64,000 nucleotides of DNA, taken from NCBI GenBank assembly GCA_963771465.1, contig CAVYTU010000013.1, positions 192,001-256,000 on the forward strand, in the 5' to 3' direction. Below the pieces are notes generated by a model, which worked only from the letters and a program-made list of their open reading frames with translations, was not told the origin of the DNA and did no database searches. How positions within the stretch are numbered: the stretch's first letter is position 1; each line of letters starts with the position of its first letter. Positions 55,402 through 64,000 of the stretch are shown here, one piece after another. The position numbers and the translations under genes were made by a program. The stretch comes from an uncultured delta proteobacterium. GTDB taxonomy: Bacteria > Desulfobacterota > Binatia > UBA9968.

Positions 55402-56292
55402 ATGATTCGTGGAGTGTTGTTGCCGATCATTACGCCGTTCGATGAAAAAGTTCGGGTCGACGAGCAGATGATGCGCCAGTTGGTGGATTTTCACATCAAG
55501 GCCGGTGTTCAAGGCTTGTTCGTTCTCGGCTCCACCGGGCAAGGGCCGGCGATGACGACCGACGAGAGAAAACAGACCGCGGCGATCGCCCTCGATCACG
55601 CGAAAGGTCGCGTGCCGGTGATCATTCACGTCGGCACCGCCGATGCCGGCAGCGCCGTGGAATTGGCCGAGCACGCGGCGGCGCATAAAGCCGATGCGGT
55701 GGCGATCGTACCGCCTTACTACTATTCCGATCACACCGAGTTCGAGATCATGGCGCACTACAAAGCGGTGCACCAAGCGGTGCCGCTGCCAATTTACATC
55801 TACGAGAATCCAAAATACTCCGGCATCTCTATTCCGCCCGGTTTTGCCGTACGGATGAAAGAACAGGTGCCGGCGTTGCAAGGTATCAAAGTCGCCTACG
55901 GCCAAGGCGCGCTGCTGGAATATGTTCGCTTGTTGCCGGATGTGTCGGTCTTTACCGGCAATGCCGATTTATTCGGCCTGGTGCCCTTCGGCGTCGCCGG
56001 CATGATCAATCCACCGACGAGCTTCGTGCCGGAGATTTGCGTCGAATTATTTACCGCGCTGGATAAGCGAGATTACCCGCGCGCGGTGCTGGCGCAAAAG
56101 AAGGTTGACGCCGCAGCGCGCATCGTCGCCGCGCGCCTGCGCAAATACGGCCGCGTGCCGCTGCAGGAAGTTTTTCGCATGCGCGGCTTCGCGGTGAAAC
56201 GTTTCCCTAAATGGGAGACCGAGCAGATGCCGAAAGATGAGATCGCGCGGCTCGAGCGTGAGCTGAGAGATGAAGGCATCCTGGGGCAGTGA
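55402..56292 (+). CDS. Dihydrodipicolinate synthase/NAL-family aldolase
   Basis: ITPF, LGSTGQ, PPYY, IYENP, GIK Schiff-base Lys. Confidence 0.9.
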   Translation: MIRGVLLPIITPFDEKVRVDEQMMRQLVDFHIKAGVQGLFVLGSTGQGPAMTTDERKQTAAIALDHAKGRVPVIIHVGTADAGSAVELAEHAAAHKADAVAIVPPYYYSDHTEFEIMAHYKAVHQAVPLPIYIYENPKYSGISIPPGFAVRMKEQVPALQGIKVAYGQGALLEYVRLLPDVSVFTGNADLFGLVPFGVAGMINPPTSFVPEICVELFTALDKRDYPRAVLAQKKVDAAARIVAARLRKYGRVPLQEVFRMRGFAVKRFPKWETEQMPKDEIARLERELRDEGILGQ

Positions 56293-56517
56293 AGTTGTCG
56301 GCTGCCAAGAAAAACTCACCGTGAGCCCTGCGATGTTACGAACTGCTGACTGGTCGAAGCGTGGTGATCGTGCCGGACGACCTGGCGCGCCAGGTCAAGG
56401 AGAAGTGGGGCAAGAAGATTCTCAATTGACCGCGACCCGGAAAAAAGAAACTGTGGAAAAAGTTGTCACCGGCCTCGATCAGGCGGGCGCGGTTAGGATT
56501 AAGGTGTTAGGCGCAAG

Positions 56518-57498
56518 ATGAAATGCCATAAGGTTCGACTCATCCGAGCGATGGTCATCGCGGCGATGGCGTGCTCGGCCTTGCTTTTGACTTCGGCGCA
56601 GGCGCAGAAAATTACCATCGCTGTTTCCAATCCCGATATGTCGTTTCTCAGCGGCGGGGTGGCGACGTACCGAGGCTTCTTCAAAGAGGAAGGGCTCGAC
56701 GCCGAGTTGGTGCAGATCAGCGCGAACGTTTCCATCGCCGCGTTGGCCGGCGGCAACGTCGATTATAACTTGATCTTGCAATCGGTAGTCACCGGCAATC
56801 TGCGCGGCTTGCCGATCAAAGTCGCGGGCATTCTCATCGAGCGGCCCAATCACGTTGTCGTGGTCAATCCGAAAATCACACGATTCGCCGATCTCAAAGG
56901 TCGGAAGATCGCCATCAGCTCGTTTGGCTCGGCTACGGATATCCTCGCCCGGTTGACGGTCGAACATTTCAAACTCAATCCGCAAAAAGACGTGCAGTTC
57001 GTCGCCGCCGGGAGCGGTTCCGGTCGACTGGCACAACTGGAATCCGGCCTGGTCGACGCCGCCTTGGTTTCGCCGCCGTCCGATCACGTGGCCGAGTCGC
57101 GCGGTTTTAAGAGTTTGGTGCGAACGCGCGACATCATGATTTTCCCGGTCAACGGTCTGGGCCTGCACGAGCAGAAGCTCAAAAACAATCGCGACGAGGT
57201 CAAGCGCGTGCTGCGCGCGCTGCTCAAAGCGAATCGTTTCATCCTCGACGATAAGAAGGGCGCCATCGATGTTCTACAAAAATGGAGCCGGACTCCGCTC
57301 GCCGTGGCTGAACAAGGCTATGCATCGTCGGTGAGTAATTTCAGCCGTAACCTGCTGGCGCCGCGTGCCGCGCTGGAAAAAGTGATCGACAGCACCAAGC
57401 TCAATATCGATCTCAAGCGCGACGTGTCGCTCAACGAAGTCTTCGATTTCAGTCTCGTCCGTGAAATTCTCAAGGAGATGGGCGAAACGCCGGGGTGA
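56518..57498 (+). CDS. ABC transporter substrate-binding protein (NMT1/SsuA-like)
   Basis: Signal peptide; GFFKEEGLD, DLKGRKIAI. Confidence 0.85.
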   Translation: MKCHKVRLIRAMVIAAMACSALLLTSAQAQKITIAVSNPDMSFLSGGVATYRGFFKEEGLDAELVQISANVSIAALAGGNVDYNLILQSVVTGNLRGLPIKVAGILIERPNHVVVVNPKITRFADLKGRKIAISSFGSATDILARLTVEHFKLNPQKDVQFVAAGSGSGRLAQLESGLVDAALVSPPSDHVAESRGFKSLVRTRDIMIFPVNGLGLHEQKLKNNRDEVKRVLRALLKANRFILDDKKGAIDVLQKWSRTPLAVAEQGYASSVSNFSRNLLAPRAALEKVIDSTKLNIDLKRDVSLNEVFDFSLVREILKEMGETPG

Positions 57499-57668
57499 GA
57501 TCGTGTTCGTGACTCGTGTTCGTATGCTGAGTAACGAGATCGTGTTGAGTGTGATCGATAGGGTGCTGCTTCGGTAGATTCTTCAGTCGCTTCGCTTCGT
57601 CGAAATCACGGAAAGGTTGGCGTCTGTATTTCGACCCAAGTGAGGAATTTTTTGACCGCAACGATGTG

Positions 57669-59897
57669 ATGAAACCTCGAAAAATCATCGGTGTTGCGAC
57701 AACACGCTCCGAAGGCCGAGAAAAAGTTTCCGGCACGGCGCTCTACGCGACCGATGTCGTATTGCCCAACATGCTTTGGGCCAAAGCGCTGCGCAGTCCC
57801 ATTCCCTACGGCCGGATCAGGAAGGTCGACACCGGTAAAGCCGAAGCGTTGCCGGGCGTTCGCGCGGTCGTGACCGGCGCCGACGTAAAGGGCTCGCTCA
57901 TCGGCCGCAAAATTTACGACATGCCGGTGCTATCCGATAGCGTCGTCCGTTTTATCGGCGAGAAAGTTGCGGTGGTTGCGGCCGAGAACGAAGAGATCGC
58001 CGAGGCGGCCGTCGACCTGATCGACGTCGAGTACGAAGAACTCGAACCGCTGCTCGATCCACTTGAAGCGGTTAAGCCGAGCGCAACGCTGCTTCACCCC
58101 GACGTGCAGGGTTACCGTGGTTTGCTGCACGAGATCAAAGCGTCGAGCAACGTCTTCGTCGATATGACCTGGAGCAAAGGCGATATCGAGGCGGGCTTTC
58201 GCGATTCTGACTTTATCGTCGAAAATATTTTTACCACGCAGCCGATGCATCAAGGTTACATCGAGCCGCATGCTTGTGTTGTGCGGGCAAATCCTAACGG
58301 CAGCGCGGATGTCTGGCATTGTTCCAAAGTTCCCTTTGCGCTGCGCGAGCAGGTCGCCACGGCGCTGCGCAGACCGCTCGACGGTTTTATCATGCATCCT
58401 TGCTACATCGGCGGCTGTTTTGGCGGCAAGGGCGACTTCATGGATGTGCCGGTGTGCTACCTGTTGTCGCTCAAGAGCGGCCGCCCGGTGAAGATGGTGA
58501 TGGATTATTCGGAAGAATTCATCGCCGGCAATCCACGCCACGCGGCGGTGATCCAAGTCAAAACCGGCGTAAAAAAAGACGGCAAGCTGGTGGCGCACCG
58601 GATGGATTTCATCTACGACAGCGGCGCCTATGGCGCGTTCAAACCGCAAGGCTATCTGGTCGGACCGAAAGAAGCGGCGGGGCCGTACAAAATCCCCCAC
58701 GTCTTCATCAACGAAAAGATTGTTTACACTAACAAGATTCCCTGCGGTCACATGCGCGCGCCGGGCGAACCGCAAGGATTCTTTGCCAACGAATCGCAAA
58801 TGGACTTGGTGGCGCGCCGGCTGGGTATGGAGCCGATCGCTTTCAGGAAGAAAAACTTGATGCATGACGGCGACATCTCGCCGATCGGTCACGTCATTCC
58901 ACATATCAAGAGCGACGAGATTCTCGCCGAAGCTTTGCGGGTTTCTGCTTTTAGGAAATCCAAGCGCAAACACGTCGGCCGCGGTCTGGCGTTGGCGCAG
59001 TGGCTTCCGCTCGGCGGCGAGGGGCATGGCTTCGTCTCCGTTGGCGCGAGCGGCGAGATTACGGTTGCTACGGCGATGGTCGATCAAGGCGCGGGAACTT
59101 ATACGGCGATGCGCCAGATTGCCGCCCATGAGCTGCAAGTTCCGGTCGACGAAGTTCGCTGTGAAATTCTCGACACTAGCCGTGCCGCCGCGGATACCGG
59201 CGTCGGCGCCAGCCGGGCGACGCGCATCTTCGGCAACTCGGTTCATGCCGCCGCGCTCAGAGTGAAAGACAAGCTGCTCGAAAGCGCGAGCGCGATGCTC
59301 GGTGTCGCGCTCGATCAAGTTGCTCTCACCGGCACCAGCGCGGTCCGGGCGAGCAACGGTGGGCAGGTGAGTTATCGCCAGGTCATTGAGCGGCTCGGCG
59401 CGCCGATTCGTTTTGAAGGCGCGTACAAAAACTTTGACAACGGGCCCCAAGCGGCCATGTGCGTGCAGGTCGCCGAGGTCGAGGTGGACGTCGAGACGGG
59501 CGAGGTCAGCTTGAAGCAATTCACCACGGCGCACAGCACCGGAACCGTGATCAACCCGTTGATGCATCAAGGCCAGATCGACGGCGGCGTGATAACCGCC
59601 ATCGGTTACTCGCTGATGGAGCAGTTGTTGATCGATCAAGGTCGAGTTACGACGACTAACTTCGGCGAAAGCAAGATTCCGTCGATGCGCGACATTCCGC
59701 CGCTCAAAACGGTGATCCAGGAATTCCCCGTTGGCAACGGACCCTACGGCGCCATGAGCATCGGCGAACCGCCGGTGCTGGTGGCGGCCGCGGCGATCGC
59801 CAACGCGGTACACGACGCCGTCGGTGTGCGAATATTCGATCTACCGATCACGGCGGAGAAGGTGCTGCGAGAGCTGAAGAATGGAGTGTTGGAGTGA
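57669..59897 (+). CDS. Xanthine dehydrogenase family molybdopterin-binding subunit
   Basis: LRSPIPYG, HQGYIEPH, GGCFGGK, GHMRAPG, DQGAGT, GQIDGG, IGEPP...IANAV. Confidence 0.9.
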   Translation: MKPRKIIGVATTRSEGREKVSGTALYATDVVLPNMLWAKALRSPIPYGRIRKVDTGKAEALPGVRAVVTGADVKGSLIGRKIYDMPVLSDSVVRFIGEKVAVVAAENEEIAEAAVDLIDVEYEELEPLLDPLEAVKPSATLLHPDVQGYRGLLHEIKASSNVFVDMTWSKGDIEAGFRDSDFIVENIFTTQPMHQGYIEPHACVVRANPNGSADVWHCSKVPFALREQVATALRRPLDGFIMHPCYIGGCFGGKGDFMDVPVCYLLSLKSGRPVKMVMDYSEEFIAGNPRHAAVIQVKTGVKKDGKLVAHRMDFIYDSGAYGAFKPQGYLVGPKEAAGPYKIPHVFINEKIVYTNKIPCGHMRAPGEPQGFFANESQMDLVARRLGMEPIAFRKKNLMHDGDISPIGHVIPHIKSDEILAEALRVSAFRKSKRKHVGRGLALAQWLPLGGEGHGFVSVGASGEITVATAMVDQGAGTYTAMRQIAAHELQVPVDEVRCEILDTSRAAADTGVGASRATRIFGNSVHAAALRVKDKLLESASAMLGVALDQVALTGTSAVRASNGGQVSYRQVIERLGAPIRFEGAYKNFDNGPQAAMCVQVAEVEVDVETGEVSLKQFTTAHSTGTVINPLMHQGQIDGGVITAIGYSLMEQLLIDQGRVTTTNFGESKIPSMRDIPPLKTVIQEFPVGNGPYGAMSIGEPPVLVAAAAIANAVHDAVGVRIFDLPITAEKVLRELKNGVLE

Positions 59898-59971
59898 AGG
59901 AGTACCCGGAGTGGTGGGTTTGTCCGGACCCATTTCTGCACCATTCCATCACTCCATTACTCCAACTCTCC
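59882..59971. repeat. Octamer (TGGAGTRW) tandem repeats followed by their inverted complement
   Basis: TGGAGTGT TGGAGTGA AGGAGTAC...CCATTCCA TCACTCCA TTACTCCA. Confidence 0.65.
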
Positions 59972-60018
59972 CGCCGGTTGCGGCGAATTCCTTTCCCTGC
60001 TAATTCACTTTACCAACT

Positions 60019-60525
60019 ATGAAAGATGAACTCGCCAAACGCCTCGTGCAGGGCCTGAAGGACGCTGGAATCAACTTTGTTACCTATCTGCCGGAGACCC
60101 GTTTGAGTCAGATCGTGCCATTGATTCGTGACGACCCCGATATGGAGCTCATCGCGGTCGCCAACGAGTCGGAGGCGATCACGATTGCTGCCGGCGCGAC
60201 CTTGGGCGGCAAACAGGCGGCGGTATATATGGAAAACACCGGCATTTTTACTTCCTGTTACAGTTTGCTGACGGTCGGCAAGCAACTCGGTGTGCCGTTG
60301 CTGTTGGTGATCGCTTATCTCGGCGGCGTGCCGGACCTGCGCAATAGTTTTCTCTACGCGACGATTGGCAAGCACTCGATTCCAGTGCTCGATGGTCTGG
60401 GCATCGATCATACGTTGATCGAAGACGGCGACAAGCTTGAAATTAAAATCACCGACGCGGTGCGCGCGGCGAATTCCTTGCGCGCGCCCTACGCGCTGCT
60501 TTTTGCCGGGGAGTTCTCCGAATGA
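60019..60525 (+). CDS. ThDP-dependent decarboxylase alpha subunit (sulfopyruvate/phosphonopyruvate decarboxylase-like)
   Basis: FVTYLPE, ANESEAITIAAGA, YMENTG. Confidence 0.8.
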   Translation: MKDELAKRLVQGLKDAGINFVTYLPETRLSQIVPLIRDDPDMELIAVANESEAITIAAGATLGGKQAAVYMENTGIFTSCYSLLTVGKQLGVPLLLVIAYLGGVPDLRNSFLYATIGKHSIPVLDGLGIDHTLIEDGDKLEIKITDAVRAANSLRAPYALLFAGEFSE

Positions 60526-61124
60526 TTCGCTACGAATGTCTACAATTGCTGGCAAACAAGATGTCGAATCAACTGGTGGTGACCTCGCAGAGCGGCCAGC
60601 GCATCGAGTGGTCGCATCTGTCGCGCCATGAAGGCAACTTGCTGGTCGGCATGATGGGCTGCGCCATCGGTGTCGCCACCGGATTGGCTTTGGCTTTGCC
60701 GCACCGTAAAGTCATCGCGCTGGATTCCGACGGCAGCGTCTTGCTCTCGCTTTTCAATCTCGCGACGCTGGGCAACTTGCAGCCGAAAAATTTGGTCGTC
60801 TATGTTTTCGACAACGGCGTTTATAGCGGTAGCCGCATTAGTTATCCGACGGCGACTTCCGGCAATACGGATTTGGCGGCGATGGCGCAGGGAGCTGGGA
60901 TCAAGAACGTGCAGACGATCCGTGACTTCGAGGAATTCAAAAAGGCCGGCATCGACGCTTTGACAAGAAATGAGTTGGGTTTCGTCGTCTGTAAAGTCGA
61001 AGAGAGCCTGATACACCGCGAGATTCCGCGGCCCAACACGGATCTCGCCGAAAACAAATACACCTTCGTGCGCTATCTCGAGCGCACTGAAGAGAAAACC
61101 ATTCCGTTCGTCGGGCGCGGTTAA
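60522..61124 (+). CDS. ThDP-binding beta subunit (ComE-like)
   Basis: GMMG, DSDGSVL...FDNG ThDP motif; ATGA overlap with the alpha subunit. Confidence 0.8.
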   Translation: MIRYECLQLLANKMSNQLVVTSQSGQRIEWSHLSRHEGNLLVGMMGCAIGVATGLALALPHRKVIALDSDGSVLLSLFNLATLGNLQPKNLVVYVFDNGVYSGSRISYPTATSGNTDLAAMAQGAGIKNVQTIRDFEEFKKAGIDALTRNELGFVVCKVEESLIHREIPRPNTDLAENKYTFVRYLERTEEKTIPFVGRG

Positions 61125-61147
61125 ACCTGAATCGCGGGGAGACATTT

Positions 61148-62174
61148 ATGCAGAAATATCCGCGTCTGTTAATTGTTGCCGTCACCTTGGTAATCTGTAG
61201 CCCGTGGCAGTCGGGCGCGCAGGAGTACAAAGACAAGACGCTGACGATCATCGTCGCCTATTCGCCGGGTGGTTCCTTCGATCTCTACGCGCGCGTATTG
61301 GCGCGCTACATCGGCCGCTATCTGCCGGGCAATCCGTCGCGCATCGTCGAGAACATGACCGGCGCCGGCGGCATGATCGCCGCCAATCATCTTTACAACC
61401 GGGTAAAACCCGACGGCTTTACCATCGGCGCCTGGGCATCGCCGCTGGTGTTGCAGCAGATCATGGGCAACGAAGCGGCGCAGTTCGACGGCCGCCGATT
61501 TGGCTACCTCGGTATTCCGAGCGAGTACGACACGGTATGCACTTTCAATCAGCAAAGTGGCATCGCCAAGATGGACGATTGGATCAATGCCAAGCGGCCG
61601 CAAAAGATTTCCACCATCGGCCCCGGCACGAGCACGTCGGACATTCCAAAATTGCTCAAGGCCTCGCTCAATCTGCCGATGGATGTGATCGACGGTTACA
61701 AAGGCGGCGCGGACGCGCGTCTGGCGGTGGAGTCCGGTGAAGTCGACGGCTACTGCGGCTCATGGGGCACGGTGGAGACGGTTTGGCGCAGCGCCTATGA
61801 GAGCAAGAAAATTATTCCCGATCTTGCAAGTCGCGCGCAAATCGCAGCCCAAGTATAAACATATTCCGCTGGCGAACAGTTACGCTAAGACGGAGGAAGC
61901 GCGCGAGCTGCTAAAAATCGCCGACGATGTTCACGTCGCGCAGTTTCCATTCTCCGTGCCGCCGGGGATGGCCAAAGATCGGCTCGAATTGCTGCAGCGC
62001 GCTTTCATGCGCACGTTCAAGGACCCCGACCTGATCGGCGAGGCGAAGCGATCGCAGCTCGACGTCGAACCGATCGATGGCCCGACGATCACGAAGACGC
62101 TGTCAGGCCTCTACGATCTCAAGCCGGCGACGGTGACTCGGCTGAAGGATATTCTCCTGCCGAAGAGGAAATGA
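61148..62174 (+). CDS. Tripartite tricarboxylate transporter (TctC/Bug) substrate-binding protein, frameshift at ~61818
   Basis: YSPGGSFDLYAR, VENMTGAGG, YKGG...AVESGEVD; continues in ORF 61737-62174 after an extra C in ATTCCCGATC. Confidence 0.85.
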
Positions 62175-62331
62175 GCGTGATAGTTGTTCGTGTTCGTGCT
62201 CGTCTCAGAGAGGTTCATCACATGGGTTAGTAGTGAGCGTAAGGTCGATTCCGTTATTCCGGTCAAGTTGGCGTCAGCGTCGGCGTTCAATCCTTGAAGC
62301 GCTATAAACAGATCTCGTGGAGGACGAAACC

Positions 62332-62727
62332 ATGGCCAGGATCAAACATATCGCGATTAGAAGTAATGATGTCGAAAAGACCGCGACGTTTTACCGAGAC
62401 GCCTTCGGTCTCGAACAAGTCGGCGTCGGCCAGAGCGGCATTTATCTTACCGATGGATATCTCAACATCGCTATCCTGAGCATGCGCGCCGTGGTCGATG
62501 GTGAGACCATGAAACTAGGCGTCGATCACGTCGGCTTTCAAGTCGATGACGTGAACGCCACCGTGGCGAAAATTCGCGCCCTCGGCGGCAAAGCGCTCAA
62601 CGAGCGCAACGAAGTTCATCACAGCGACCCGTCCAAGCCGCAGTCCTATTTCGAAGTCAAATGCGTCGTTCCCGACGATCAAGTGATCGACGTGTCCAAC
62701 GCCGGCTGGGTCGGCGCCAGCAAGTAG
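62332..62727 (+). CDS. VOC/glyoxalase family protein
   Basis: IKHIAI...TATFYRDAFGL...DHVGFQVDD. Confidence 0.85.
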   Translation: MARIKHIAIRSNDVEKTATFYRDAFGLEQVGVGQSGIYLTDGYLNIAILSMRAVVDGETMKLGVDHVGFQVDDVNATVAKIRALGGKALNERNEVHHSDPSKPQSYFEVKCVVPDDQVIDVSNAGWVGASK

Positions 62728-62815
62728 CGCCGGCTCCTAGCTTAAAAGCCGACAGAATCAAGTTAGCAACCAAAATGTTCGCTGAAACAAGGTTTAGAGA
62801 TGAAGCACTCGGCGG

Positions 62816-63934
62816 TTATTTTTTCTCTCCTCGAGGGAATCCTAAAGCCTTCACGATTTCCTGTTCGTACATCTCCATCTTTAGGTGATGCTGCCATGCA
62901 AGAAGGGAAATATTTCTCCCTTGCGTCAGGCGCGCATGGGTCGACCCCGGACTATAGATCGATGCTGCAAGATCGATTTCATCCAAAATCTTCTGACCTT
63001 CTGGACCGGCTTCAAACTCCAACCACAGCAGCGCAGCGTGGGGATTTTCCGCCGTGGCGAGAACCGCTTGGGTTTCACCGAGGCGAGTAGGAATCGGTTC
63101 TACCACCTTAAAGCCCAAAACTCCCTTAACATCTTTGCGTTTGACTCTTTCGATTGTTTTGTAGTTTGGCCCCAGGGCGATGGGAAACTGGCCGGTCATC
63201 AAATAGGTCACGATCTGGGCGTCGCCCCGTAACCAGACGGGATTTTGAGCAGCCAACTTCTTGGCGTAAGCCAAGGTTTTTTCCAGACCCCAGGCGGGTA
63301 CGAGGCCGGCAAGATTTTTCGGCCTCACGTCCGTTGCTAGTTTTCTGTCCTTGAATTCCGGCTTGAGGAAGTCCTCCCAAGTGTTCGGGACTTTGTCGGG
63401 AGCGATAAGCTCCCTGTTATATGCTGCCACTTGGATGTTGCTTTGCAGCGAGACAATGTGCCGGTTCACCGGGTCCACCATATTGGGCGACATCGTCAGG
63501 ACACCCTGTTCGGCCATGCCTAAAATGTCAAAGTTTTTCTGCAGAGTGAGGTAATCGTTGTAAAAGTCAAAGGCGACATAATTGACATCCCATTTGGCGA
63601 GTCCGGCCTTCATTTCCTGAAGCATTCGGCTATAGATCTCGGTGCCGTCAATTCCGTTTGCCCGAACATCGATGAACGGATACTTTTTCTTAAAAGCCTC
63701 CGTCACGGCTTTGAGAGACTTTGTATCTTGTCCGCTAAAAACGAGCAGCTTGCCCTCTTTCTTGGCTCGGGAGACGATCTCGTCGTGGTCAGCATAAAAA
63801 ACGAAACCATTGGCCTCGGCCGTCTTTTTTGCCTTAAGCAGAGCCGCACCTGGCGCGGCTGCAGCAAATACACTCACCGTTCCCAACCACGATGCGATCA
63901 AACATACTACAACCCAAAGATATGTTTTTTTCAT
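62816..63934 (-). CDS. ABC transporter substrate-binding protein (Fe3+/thiamine-type family)
   Basis: Signal peptide; AKKEGKL, AYNRELI, PNTWEDFL, NPHAALLW. Confidence 0.85.
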   Translation of the reverse strand: MKKTYLWVVVCLIASWLGTVSVFAAAAPGAALLKAKKTAEANGFVFYADHDEIVSRAKKEGKLLVFSGQDTKSLKAVTEAFKKKYPFIDVRANGIDGTEIYSRMLQEMKAGLAKWDVNYVAFDFYNDYLTLQKNFDILGMAEQGVLTMSPNMVDPVNRHIVSLQSNIQVAAYNRELIAPDKVPNTWEDFLKPEFKDRKLATDVRPKNLAGLVPAWGLEKTLAYAKKLAAQNPVWLRGDAQIVTYLMTGQFPIALGPNYKTIERVKRKDVKGVLGFKVVEPIPTRLGETQAVLATAENPHAALLWLEFEAGPEGQKILDEIDLAASIYSPGSTHARLTQGRNISLLAWQHHLKMEMYEQEIVKALGFPRGEKK

Positions 63935-64000
63935 TGAACCACCATGACCATTTTATTCTCGCGCTCGCGGCTGAATCAGCGTGCCTAAAACTAAATAAAC

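Noticed and set aside
53679-59813. Long antisense ORFs such as 54114-55430 and 57930-59813
   Set aside because: Shadows of high-GC sense genes with no recognisable motifs
57669-59897. Aerobic CO dehydrogenase large subunit (coxL)
   Set aside because: The active-site loop is GHMRAPG, not the AYxCSFR of form I CoxL, and coxM/coxS are not adjacent

Overview
GC-rich bacterial DNA. The gene content suggests a Candidatus Binatia/Deltaproteobacteria-like genome (inference). Several single-base indels look like long-read assembly errors. The window has two blocks. (1) About 0.7-49.3 kb is a signalling and general-stress region. It holds a CheB/CheR-PAS hybrid kinase, a kaiC-kaiB-kaiB-PAS hybrid kinase operon without kaiA, a giant poly-HAMP hybrid kinase operon and a Cache/GAF/PAS kinase. 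It also holds many stress-type small proteins (DUF326 Cys-rich bundle, DUF2171, DUF3175, DUF6496, DUF1328, CBS, Fet4-like permease), three M48 peptidases and a metallophosphoesterase/nucleotidyltransferase pair. Its microproteins include a bacterial metallothionein and two single classical zinc-finger (C2HC) proteins; several are below the ORF-track cutoff. The strongest unexplained signal is non-coding: 15 correctly oriented sigma54 -24/-12 motifs in intergenic gaps, often with a recurrent TGTCYCA-N4-TGRGACA-like palindrome upstream, pointing to a sigma54-driven stress regulon. (2) About 49.5-64 kb is a catabolic/transport cluster: two Rieske oxygenases, UbiD, an aldolase, a Mo-hydroxylase large subunit, a split ThDP decarboxylase and several solute-binding proteins. 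No rRNA, tRNA, CRISPR array, integrase or transposase was recognised.
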